Shown: piece after piece, positions 17,685-28,294 of the stretch
Layout: every line of letters begins with the position of its first letter
Numbering within the stretch: the stretch's first letter is position 1
Assembly: GCA_023334545.1 (NCBI GenBank)
Contig: JAADVB010000017.1
Location: forward strand, 68,748-132,747
Direction: 5' to 3'
DNA: 64,000 nucleotides
Source of the DNA: Salisapilia sapeloensis CBS 127946
Taxonomy: Eukaryota; Protista; Oomycota
Made by a program: the position numbers and the translations under genes
The notes under the pieces: model-generated
Databases searched by the model: none
What the model was told of the DNA's origin: nothing
What the model saw: the letters and a program-made list of their open reading frames with translations, nothing else

Positions 17685-20636
17685 TTAGGCTTTGGCATAC
17701 TGCAGTAGAAATTGTGACACAAGTTCCCACGATGAACGCATCTTGAAGTAGTGCTGCATCTGGCTATCAGTCGGATTGTTACCCAACGCGACACTCCCTT
17801 CATGCTGCGCACTTGCTTCAATGATCGTCCTTAACTGCAGCCTATTGGTCGCGATGACTGAAAAGTAAATCGTCACGCGATGTCTCTTTAGCTGCTTGGG
17901 TTCTTCCTCCGGCTCCTCTCCTTCCGACAAGCAGACGCTCGGGTCCTCCGGCCAGCGCATGAACTGAACGGCCACTTCGCTTCCACCGGCACAGCTCAGT
18001 TCTCGAACTCTCCACGCTCGGTAGACGACCAAATCCGTCTGGTCCGACGCCAAGTCACTGCTCGGATAGAACTTGGGAACGCGCGTCACCACCGGCTCCG
18101 ATGCGTTCAGCTGGAAGTTGATCGCATGCTCCTTGGCGACCCAGCTATGTGGTAGCTGGACAGAGAACGTCTCTCGCGTCTCAATGAGACTCAGACAAGA
18201 CGTCATGTGCGCCTGGACATGTCGATAGATCCACGCCATGGGCGGATGCGGCCCGTGCTGAAGGATATTCGACTTGATCATGTGCGAATAACTGGACTGA
18301 GACGACGTCCATTCACCCGTAATCGCATAGTCTCCCGTCCATGCGTAGCCATGGAGAGACTGGAGCGTACGAGTGTTCTCGATGTCCAGACTGCTCTTGA
18401 CGACATCATACAGACGTACGAATCGAGAAAAGTAGGCAAACATGGGCGAGTCGGATGCATTCAGTGATCCAGTCGTATCTTGATCGGCTGCACTACGCCA
18501 CCAATGCTCTCTCGCAAGCCACGGCTCAGCTTCCTTTAGCATCGTGTAGAGATCCACAACTTGATTCTCCTCGACATTCTGTCGACGTGGTAGTTTATCC
18601 ACTTGTTCATGCACTCGAGCATCGAGGAATCGAACGACAGTCGCGTATGCATCCAAATCACTTTCACCTCGTTGTACACTCTCTCGCATCGTCTTTCGAA
18701 TACGAGCGACAATATTCTCTTGCACAAGAGCTTGTGCAATCACGACAAGGTCCGTACAAAGTGTCTGGAGACGATTGTTACTAAGTGGGATCTCGACAAG
18801 CTTGGATAAAGTTTCAATCATCACGAACGAATGTCGAATGACACCTCGTTCACCAGTCCGAGCACGTTCTTCAAACTTATGAATGCGATTTAAAACGACA
18901 AACGCGAGTTGCAACACACGTGCGCGACGATACAAGTCCTCTTCTTGTGTCTGGACTCGTGTATCGAGACGTTGGTCCATGCCATCGACAGCGACGAGGA
19001 CAGCTCGATCGGAATCAGACGAACGATTGCGCTTGCGACTAGCAATATCCTGTGTCAACGGTGCTGGGATCGTATACGTCGGTGGTGTCGGCAGAGTCGA
19101 CGTCTGCGGAGGCGTATACGTGTCATCGAGTTGCTGACTACTCGCATGCAGACTCATGCGACTCGGTAGGCTACCTCTTCGAGCGTACACGCTACCCTCG
19201 GCACTTGACGACGGTGGCGACGTATGGACGTAGTTGTACACTTGCTGCGTCGATGGACTCTCGAGATTAAGCGAGTTCATACCCGCCACAGGCGTTGTGA
19301 CGATAGATGGACGTGCTGGCGTCTCATTTACGCGAGGCATGGACTGGAGAGATGACAGGGGTGTCGGGAGAGCTGCGAGAGACGAGCGTCGTCCTTGTGG
19401 ATTGTACTGCATGCGCGTATTCTCTTGTAAGAAGGCGACGCTGGACGATTGATGGAGCGATGCATTCGCGCCGACACCGAAGGGATACGCAGATGCCTGA
19501 CCTTGTGGTTGCTGACTTGTGCTCCCCATCTGCATGGACGGCACGGAGGGAAAGTGGACCGACGTATAATAATCAGACTTGGACGACGCGGACCTCGTGA
19601 GTCGTTTACGGTCTCGAGCGGCGGCGTCATTCGCATTCGGGGCAGTATAACGATACGTGTAGTAGTAGCCAGTGCCTGTGGACGTCGCGACGGGCGTACT
19701 GGCACTCTCTTGCGTACTCGTGAGTAGCTGGTCGATCGACGGGACGCTACGGGGTGTCGCGTTCGGAACGATGCTGGACTCGGTCGCAGCTCTCGTGCGC
19801 ACGATCGGGTGCGTCGTGGCCGGTCGGAAGGTTTTACGCGCCTTGCGACTGGATGAGATGCGAAATTGAGGCGAAGAGAGGTCTGCGAGACATGTGAGAG
19901 TGGATGTATCATCTTGCTGCGTCTGACGGAAGAAATAGACGCAAAAGACGTGTAGGTTCTTGCAATTCAAGCGAGACGACTGCCATCCATAGTGCCACGA
20001 TTGACGATTGCCATTGATCATGAATCTCGGCGCACCAGACGCAGATGGAGGGTGGATAGATCCTCGAAACCATTTACGAAGAGGCTTGTCCGGCGTCTTG
20101 ACGTCGGCCAACAAATCTTCCGCGTTGTACTCTTGGCCAACAGTAATGGGTGGAACGTCCTGCTGGCTATCGGCACGAGAGCGAGGAGATCTATGTGGTC
20201 GCGAATGCTCTTCAAAGCGACCGAGCACGAGGTCGCAGTCGGTAAAATTGCACTCGACTAGCAGACCGGCGCCACAGAAGCTCTTGGGGTTATGCCCACC
20301 GCAGCAATGAGGGAAGCATCGGAGGTTCTAGAGTCGTATAGGAATGAGTGATACGTGTCTAGAGGAGACGAGATAATCGACATACCTTGTGTCCACTAGC
20401 CTTGTTGCTCCTATACGTGTCGAGGAGTTAGTACAAAGATTTTGGTGGTCGTAAGGGGGAGATATGCATGGGATATCGGTGGTTATTTCCTTGAGTGCAT
20501 GTACGTACCGAAGGTATTCACTAGAAAAAAGCGGATGGTCGCATTGAGTATGCAAAAATCTTCCGGTGTGGCTTTCATTCTCGATGCACTCGATGGCATC
20601 ATGCATGTCATCCGTTGGTGTCGGGGACGTGGTCAT
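17685..20636 (-). CDS. Uncharacterised 931-aa protein with N-terminal Cys/His domain, 3 exons (20636-20509, 20410-20386, 20327-17685)
   Basis: Two GT-AG introns (98 and 58 nt) give the in-frame product QCDHPLFSSEYLRSNKASGHKNLRCFPHCCGGHNPKSFCG, continuing into the long ORF. Confidence 0.85.
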
Positions 20637-21014
20637 GGCAGAGGTGGGATATCAGATATCTCGAGCGTTATTTTCGTCCACGAGCTTATATGCAAAGCAG
20701 CGGAGGAGTCTGGATCTTGTGCTAAGATGAGGGTAGTTTCGTTTGTAGAATGGAGGAGCTTGTCGTAAATGGAAGAGATGGTCCGATAGCTTGCTCGAAA
20801 TCGAACAACAAAGTGGAGGACGATCGAAGGGGTAGCAAAGTCCGATGAGCTTTCGTTAGTCTTTTTAATTATCAAAATGCAAAGACGGTCGGAGCAAATG
20901 CTTGGCTAGGCAAGGATGTCTTGAGCTCGACACTCCCAAATAAGATTGCTAAATGATCAATACACGGCGCGTCCATCCCGCTTATGGCTTGAGTGGCTCG
21001 TTTGTCGTTTTAGG

Positions 21015-21048
21015 CCAATCCAGGAACGTTCCCCTGCCGACGACCAAT
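21015..21048. promoter_or_regulatory. Pair of CCAAT boxes upstream of the 931-aa gene
   Basis: CCAAT at 21015-21019 and 21044-21048, about 380-410 bp upstream of ATG 20636. Confidence 0.4.
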
Positions 21049-21172
21049 CAGAAAGCAGAGAGCATTAGAAGGATCGCATACAAAGAAGTTGTCAAATCGT
21101 GTAGATCCAGCGGAGAATACAAGCGCTGCGTACGCCCGAGCGAGGGGGCCGATGGCCCGGATCTCGTCTTCG

Positions 21173-21224
21173 GTCCGACGTAAGTAAGACGTCGGAAAGA
21201 AACTTTTTCCCGTCGACGTCGGAC
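21173..21224. repeat. Three copies of ACGTCGGA (one inverted, two direct)
   Basis: TCCGACGT 21174-21181; ACGTCGGA 21189-21196 and 21216-21223. Confidence 0.8.
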
Positions 21225-21823
21225 AACTAGTTGCTTCATAATCTCTTCACGATACCAATTGTTTCTTGATTGCTAGGCTGGTCTGTACCTTAAGAATGGA
21301 CATGTCGGCCTCAAAAGACACGAGCATGTCTCGAATCGAGTAGAGCTCGCGACATGACGAGCATGGTATTTCGGAAAAGAATCAGGACATACACATATAC
21401 AATACGTACGGATCGACTGGCGTGCGCAAGTGCTCCTACTTGTTAAAATCCACCTTGTCTACTTCTCTCTCTTTGCCTTGCACAAGCGCAAGTTGAATGC
21501 TTTTTTTTTCGCCAAGCGCGAAGCAACGGCGGACCAACGCTTACAAATGGCTCCAATCGTCATGTGTGTTTCCTATACACGGCCTAGACGAGATCGAGTG
21601 TAGATTACTTATAACCTATCGATTCTTCCTTCCTATCATTACTCGTTATGCATCTACCAAGGAACTTTCGTACGTTGATCATGTATTCGTTGCTACCGAG
21701 TGATGCAATGCGTAGATACAGATACAAGTAGCTTAAACGTAACGATCGTTCGGGTCTAATGGGTACATCCGTACGTGTACCTAGTACGAGTATCATTCGT
21801 ATCGTCTGACAACCTACAGGTAT

Positions 21824-24800
21824 TTACGACGCTACTGGCGACGCGAAAGGAAGGCAGCAAAGCACATAGCGTATTGGTAACGCAAGTGCACCAATGCCAA
21901 TGCATATTAGCCATTGCACTGCGCTTAATGGTGCACAATGGAACAACGCACCTCCGAATTGGACGATAACGACTTGCAACGCGACTTGTAGTCCCCATCC
22001 GATGATAAAAGTAGCATCATGGCAAAGTCCTCGGTCGATTGCATGCGTTTCATCATGCAACTTACGACAGTTTATCTCATTAAAAAGCTGTAACCAGAAG
22101 AAAGCGTTAAACACGATCGTCAAATGCTGCGTTGCTTCCTCCGTCTGCATCATCTCAGCATCACGTAGCTCGACAGACGGTCTTCCGGACGGAATTGCGA
22201 GCCAGTTGTCTCCTAAGAATGTCAGGAGGAGCAATATAGTCAATTGATACGTTGTCTGTCCGATGATGTGCTTTAGCATCGTCGACGATAGGACGCTACG
22301 AGATTTTAAATACGGTTTCCTATCCAATAGACTCGACGTCGGAGGCGTCGTCGCTAGTCCGAGTGACGCGAAAGAATCCATAAAGAGGTTCACCCACAAG
22401 ATCTGGACGGCAGTGATAGGAGACTGCTGCATGGACACGGCTCCGATCGCAGCGATAAGAACGGCAGTCGCAATCACAGTTAGTTGGAACTGGAGGAACT
22501 TGGAGATCGCGTCATGGACGTTCCGACCCCACTTGATCGCATTCACGAGCGACGAAAAGTCGTCATTTAAGACGACAATATCAGCCGCTTGCTTCGCGAC
22601 GGCCGTACCACCACGTCCCATCGCAAAGCCAACATGCGCTTCTTGCAACGCTGGCGCGTCATTCGTGCCGTCTCCAGTCACAGCAACCAGTTGTTCCGTG
22701 TTCTCAGCATCTCCTCTTGTCGCCATGAGTCCTTTGACTAGTAGATACTTGTCTTGCGGCGATGACCTCGCCAAGACACGTAAAGAGGGCCAGATCGCAT
22801 CGAAAGATGTCTGGACTAGACCTCCGTTCGTATCGGTTACTTGACGTCGAAACTCTGGACCTTCCAACACGACTGGACCGTCGGTGCAAGACATATCGTC
22901 TGTTAAAATACCACACTCGCTTGCGATGGCACGAGCTGTCAGGATATTGTCCCCTGTGACCATACGCACGACGATACCAGCACGTTTGCACTGCTCGATT
23001 GCAGTCGGTACATCCGGACGTACTGGATCTGCAATCGCGACGATACAAAGGAACGTCAATTGCGTCTCCAATTCGCTTTCGTCTATCGTTTCAACCCACT
23101 CTAGACTATTATACGACATATCACGATAGGCAAGGCAGAGTGTCCGATGTCCTTGTGTAGCATATTGGCTAATCGTTTGGAGAATCTCGGTCTTAGCTGT
23201 CCCATCAAGCGGTAGAACGGAGCCATCAGGACGCTGTCTACTAGTACACAACTCGACCAATGTCTCGGATGCACCTTTTGTATACATCCTTAAGCTGCTT
23301 TCCTTTTGTATCACAACAGACATGCGTTTCCGATCGCTGCTGAAAGGTAGCATACGAACGACCGTTGCGTCCTGTCGTACTTGATGAAAGTTCACTCGAC
23401 ACTTGCACAATAGTCGAAGCAACGCTGCTTCCGTTGGACTTCCACTGAATTGAACTTCCTTGTCATGATCGATACTGTCTCGTGATACTTCATCTACGGT
23501 CGAGTTCAAGGCGAGACTTTCGTAGAAGAGTGTACGGACAGGAAAGGTCATTTGATCTACTGTATCTACTGGCCGGTGTGCTCTATAGGAAGCGTTTGGA
23601 TCAAACCATACATTTACAACTGTCATGACGTTTGTGGTAAGCGTTCCGGTCTTATCAGAGCAGATCGTCGTTGCGTTCCCAGCCGTCTCACATGCGTGCA
23701 TGTGTCGAACGAGGTTTTGCTCACGCAGCATCTGACGCACTGAGTGGGATAGTGCAATGGCTACAGCTAGTGGTAGACCTTCGGGAATAGCAACGACTAG
23801 GACGGTGACTGCCAAGAGGAAGTAGGATAGATATGGACGAAGCAGAGATGCTTCCCACGTCCGATCGTTATAGACGAAAGCGTCGATAGAGAAACGTATT
23901 GACATGACGCTAAAGACTAAGAGAGCGATGACGACACCTGCTTGACCGAGTCTCAAGTTTAGTCGCTCTAGTTTTTCTGCAAATGGAGTCTTCCTTGTAT
24001 GTCGAGAAGATTTTACGACAGGTTCTTTCGTCGTAGATGTACGTGGTGTACGTATCTCTACGTACTCTTGGTCTATCATTTCTTCTTGATTTGGAGAAAG
24101 CTTTTCGACAGGAGAAGTGTCTCCATGTACAAGTGTTAGGATCTGGCCGTACTGGGTGTTGGCACCGACAGCGAGGACGAGGATGCTACCAACACCTTGC
24201 ATCACTTGCGTCCCAGCGAACGCTACTTGCTCTACGTGCTTATCAACTAAGGCTGACTCGCCTGTTAATGTGCTTTCATCTACCTGGAACTGCGTAGCAT
24301 GGAGGATGATACCGTCTCCAGGTACAATGTCCCCAACAGCTAAAGGCACTAGCTCTCCGACGACGAGGTCCCACTTTTTAATGTAGCAGCGACGACCTTG
24401 CCGATAGACTGAAACGTCTTCATTGTCATTTACGGCGTTAAGAGCTCGAAACTGTTTATCCTTTTGGTACTCGGTGAAGGCAGATACAAAGGCGATGACA
24501 CCAACAGCGACGACGACACACGTGCCTTCCATCGAGTCGACCGTAGGATTGCCACCTACGGCCATACCAAGAGCGATGGAGATGATACCGACAGCGAGTA
24601 AAATGGCGTTTGTGACATCGAAGACGGCAGCTTGGAGAACGAGACGTAGCAAGCTAATAGGTGGTGGAGGAGCAATGTAATTGGCTCCAAATACCTTCCG
24701 GCGATATTCAATGTTTCTATTAGATTTTTCATTTCCCACGGAAGTCGATAGTCCATCATGAATAGATACATTTAAAGCGGATGCAATACCACCAGTACCA

Positions 24801-24982
24801 CCCATCCGATTCAGTTCATTTTGATAACGTTCTACAGGAGAAGACGCTTGCTGAGTATTACTTATAGAATTATCAAATCCTCCTGCATCAAATGCCAAGG
24901 CCACTAGTCGACGTAGTTGCGTCGGAGTCATGTAAAAGGAAGTACAATCGGCATCTTGGTCACTCCCTAGTGCCCTCGGCAT
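21824..24982 (-). CDS. PMCA: P-type IIB Ca2+-ATPase (PMCA/ACA type), 1052 aa
   Basis: TGES, VVAIPEGLPLAV, CSDKTGTLT, KGASE, MVTGDN, GDGTNDAPAL. Likely start MPRALGS at 24982. Confidence 0.95.
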   Translation of the reverse strand: MPRALGSDQDADCTSFYMTPTQLRRLVALAFDAGGFDNSISNTQQASSPVERYQNELNRMGGTGGIASALNVSIHDGLSTSVGNEKSNRNIEYRRKVFGANYIAPPPPISLLRLVLQAAVFDVTNAILLAVGIISIALGMAVGGNPTVDSMEGTCVVVAVGVIAFVSAFTEYQKDKQFRALNAVNDNEDVSVYRQGRRCYIKKWDLVVGELVPLAVGDIVPGDGIILHATQFQVDESTLTGESALVDKHVEQVAFAGTQVMQGVGSILVLAVGANTQYGQILTLVHGDTSPVEKLSPNQEEMIDQEYVEIRTPRTSTTKEPVVKSSRHTRKTPFAEKLERLNLRLGQAGVVIALLVFSVMSIRFSIDAFVYNDRTWEASLLRPYLSYFLLAVTVLVVAIPEGLPLAVAIALSHSVRQMLREQNLVRHMHACETAGNATTICSDKTGTLTTNVMTVVNVWFDPNASYRAHRPVDTVDQMTFPVRTLFYESLALNSTVDEVSRDSIDHDKEVQFSGSPTEAALLRLLCKCRVNFHQVRQDATVVRMLPFSSDRKRMSVVIQKESSLRMYTKGASETLVELCTSRQRPDGSVLPLDGTAKTEILQTISQYATQGHRTLCLAYRDMSYNSLEWVETIDESELETQLTFLCIVAIADPVRPDVPTAIEQCKRAGIVVRMVTGDNILTARAIASECGILTDDMSCTDGPVVLEGPEFRRQVTDTNGGLVQTSFDAIWPSLRVLARSSPQDKYLLVKGLMATRGDAENTEQLVAVTGDGTNDAPALQEAHVGFAMGRGGTAVAKQAADIVVLNDDFSSLVNAIKWGRNVHDAISKFLQFQLTVIATAVLIAAIGAVSMQQSPITAVQILWVNLFMDSFASLGLATTPPTSSLLDRKPYLKSRSVLSSTMLKHIIGQTTYQLTILLLLTFLGDNWLAIPSGRPSVELRDAEMMQTEEATQHLTIVFNAFFWLQLFNEINCRKLHDETHAIDRGLCHDATFIIGWGLQVALQVVIVQFGGALFHCAPLSAVQWLICIGIGALALPIRYVLCCLPFASPVAS

Positions 24983-25013
24983 TGTATAGTGCTTGCCAAC
25001 TATATATACATAC

Positions 25014-25054
25014 TTTAATTGGTTTAAATTAAACTTTGAGCATTTTAATTGGTT
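25014..25054. promoter_or_regulatory. Duplicated TTTAATTGGTT (reverse CCAAT) in the bidirectional PMCA / dimethylase promoter
   Basis: Exact 11-bp direct repeat at 25014-25024 and 25044-25054 in the 132-bp gap between divergent ATGs. Confidence 0.5.
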
Positions 25055-25114
25055 GGAATGGTTTGAGTGGGCATGAAATACGACAACTAATAGCGAAAAG
25101 CTCATTTGGACGTC

Positions 25115-26291
25115 ATGAGGACACTTGGACGGGTACTTCATCGAACTCTAGGCAGCTTGAATGGTTTTCGATCTTTCTCTTCCTTTGCAACGGATGCAAA
25201 AGATGCTACACCAAGACTGAAGCGGAAACTCGGACAGCATATCCTTGTTTCGAACAAATTATTGGAGCAGATCACGGCTGCTGCTGAGCTACCAATCATT
25301 CTATCTGACAAGCAAAGTCGTGGTGAGGATAAAGATACTGTCATTCGAGTACTTGAAATTGGACCAGGTACTGGAAACTTGACAGCTGCGTTATTGGCAG
25401 CCTCTCCTGCTGTGCACGTTCATGCGATCGAATTTGATCATCGGATGGTACCAAAGCTCGAAGAACGTTTCGAACAGGATGCTGATCGTTTGACGATCGA
25501 ATGCAAAGACTTTGAAGACTTTCAGTTTTCATCTACGGAGAATAATTTGGAGGATAAGGCCATAGAGTTCGATGCGTGCGTCGCTAACATCCCGTATCAA
25601 CTCTCGTCTCTCGTCATCTCGAGACTTTTGACGTACATGCAGAGAAACCCTACAACCTTTCGCTCTTCGGTACTACTAGTCCAAGACGAATTTGCTCTTC
25701 GTCTTATGGCCAAGTAAACTTCCACGTCTGTATCATAGGTATTGTATACTTAACATGTTCCTACCTCTAGACCAGGCGACCAGAACTACACGAGATTGAG
25801 CGTGAATACAGGACTCATAGCTGACGTATCAAGTGTCAGGAAAGTGAGTCGAAGTCTCTTCATCCCTCCACCAAAAGTAGACTCGAGGGTCGTGAAGCTC
25901 GTTCCGAGTCAACAAGCGCTCTTACCAGACGTGTCCAAATCAGATTCACAATGGTTCCAGGTAAGCTTCCATCAGCCTTCTTCTACGCGCATTGTCCTCA
26001 TGTAGAAACTTCTAGCGCTTCGATTCGCTCCTGCGTATCTGCTTCCATCGTAAGAACAAGACGTTACGTGCACTCCTTTTATCCAAGACAGCCAAGGCCC
26101 AAATGATTCTCCCCGACACCATGTCCGACGACATGTATAAATCAACGATCGAAGACATTTTGGAAGCATGTGATTTACAAGGCAAACGTGCTGTCCAGCT
26201 ACCATCATCTACATTTATGCAGTTACTCGAGACGTTCGAATCGTATGACATTCACATCATTCCAAGTGATACGCGTCACTTTCACATGTAA
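25115..26291 (+). CDS. rRNA adenine dimethylase (KsgA/Dim1 family), probably mitochondrial, 354 aa, 3 exons (25115-25713, 25771-25960, 26016-26291)
   Basis: LGQHIL, VLEIGPGTGNLT, CVANIPYQLSS, RLSVNT, FIPPPKVDSRVV, LRICFHRKNKTL. R/S-rich N-terminus without acidic residues after the start. Confidence 0.92.
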
Positions 26292-26402
26292 ACAATGAAA
26301 TTCGTATCCAAATCTACCAAAGTAATGTCTTCTTGTTTGTTACCTCCAAAACCTATGCAAAATACAACGACCTAAATACGTCCATCTCCTTCACGTTCAT
26401 CT

Positions 26403-27462
26403 TTATACGCCTGTACGATGACGCTTGAGCTTTGGCTGTCGTAGCAAAGGAGCTGCAGCAACGACTGCGTGCGTATCTTCTTCGTCTAGGTCTGAAATAG
26501 GTGAATCCTCTTCTGATCGTTGTCGTTTCAAAGCGTTAACAGGTTCTTTATCCATCGAAGGCTTCTTAGGCGTCGGGAGGACTTGGATAAAATTGTCGTT
26601 GACAGATACACGTAGCTTTTGTTTCTTCCGATCGGAAGCGAATCGAGCTGTGGGAGAAGGTGGAGACCGTTGGAGTTTGTCCTCTCGCTCTGTTTCGGGA
26701 GTTTCATGGATTGTACTAGGTGGATTCTTGCGTTTCTTGGAGTGCCTAGAGGTAGAAGCCCATGTCTTTCGTGGGGGTGTCTTGGAAGAGTCTGTATGGG
26801 CAGACGAGATCGAGACATTGCCAATGCGCTTCGAGAGCGAAGATAAAAACTGGTTATTCGTATCGGGGGAAGAAGGTAATTGTGTTTCCTTCAACTCATC
26901 CATCGTCTCGACCTTTGGTTCTGCGTCGCTCGAAGTCGATCCTTTGCGTGTATTGTCTACCTGTATCTTTTCTTCAGTAGAATCGCTTCCTTGCTCCTCT
27001 ATTTCGCTTCTTTCGCTCGATGTACCCTTCATATGACTGTCAGACCTTTGCATCTTTCTCGTAAGCTCTTCTATGGCTGCGAAGGCGTCCAATCCCATCT
27101 TCTTTAGTCGACCGATTTCCTAGTAGACGTGATATAAGCATGGTTTTTCATGGATAATGGTAGAAAAGATGTACCTGTTTGACGATAAGAGCTCGCATAG
27201 CGTCCTCGTAATTCATCTGGAATTGCCGCATCACTCGTTTCACATCAGCTTTCGGTGGTTCTTCCGTCGAGTGCACGATACGCCGCAAGAGTTGTTGGAC
27301 GGCGACATCTCGCTCGATATTTTGACAAAGGAGCGAGTGCAATTCATGCTTGACGACCTGCTGAAAGTATTTCTGTGCTTCCCGCATCTTGGCGCTTTGG
27401 TGCAACGAATGTTTCGACTCGCTTTCTTGCCCACGCATTTCACTCGTTCTAGTCGACTCCAT
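26403..27462 (-). CDS. Hypothetical protein, 334 aa, with UBA-like three-helix motif and basic disordered tail; intron 27120-27174
   Basis: Splicing gives VKRVMRQFQMNYEDAMRALIVKQ|EIGRLKKMGLDAFAAIEELT; K/R clusters in the tail. Confidence 0.75.
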
Positions 27463-27708
27463 CGTGCGTTCTTTCGATTGTCGTATAACGAAACAATAGA
27501 CAGACTAGAATATACTCGTCTTGTACAAGTGAGAAAAAACGCAAGTCTAGTATACGTCAACGATGGATGGAAAAGAAGACACGCTCCTCTTCCTCTCTTC
27601 TTCTCGATTTATGTTTTGTGGTTTGGGCAATAACAACATTCACTTTTGTGGAGCGCTGAAACGGACCTCGACTGCTCAAGCAAGATTAAGACCTTACGAG
27701 TGTAAACG

Positions 27709-28261
27709 ATGGCACGGAGAGTCTCACAGAAGCGTAATGCAAAGAGCTATGATCGTCCTGGTTTGACGGAAGAAGAAGTCGAGGAAATTCGAGAAGCGTT
27801 CAATCTTTTCGATACGGACGGTAGTGGTACGATCGACCCAAAGGAATTGAAAGCTGCGATGCAGTCCCTCGGATTTGAGGCAAAGAACCAGACCATCTAT
27901 CAAATGATCGCAGATATAGATAAAGACGGGTCGGGTAGTATTGATTTCGAAGAGTTTCTCGACATGATGACAGCGAAAATGGTATGATGTGCATATTTGC
28001 AATTGGAGTTCTTCTAACGACGTATGCGGATAGAGCGACACGGACTCTCGAGAAGACATTCAGAAGGTTTTTAATCTATTCGACGATGATCAGACAGGCA
28101 AGATCTCTTTGCGCAACCTCAAGCGTGTTGCGAAAGAGTTAGGCGAGACCATGACGGACGCTGAATTGCTTGAGATGATCGAACGTGCCGATACCGATCA
28201 GGACGGCGAGATCAATGCGGATGAATTCTATGCTATTATGACGAAAAAGACATTTACGTAG
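27709..28261 (+). CDS. CETN: Centrin (caltractin), 166 aa; intron 27982-28033
   Basis: [32 protein letters not shown]...[23 protein letters not shown]; four EF-hands. Confidence 0.97.
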
Positions 28262-28294
28262 ATTGTCCAAATGACAACACATTCATTTCCATTC

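Noticed and set aside
20633-20875. 80-codon ORF whose TGA overlaps the ATG of the 931-aa gene (ATGA)
   Set aside because: It starts at TTG and contains no ATG, so it is not a credible uORF or coupled gene.
20953-21239. Short ORFs on both strands and a GTAAGT donor-like site at 21180
   Set aside because: Splicing to the nearest TAG gives a quick stop and no recognisable product.
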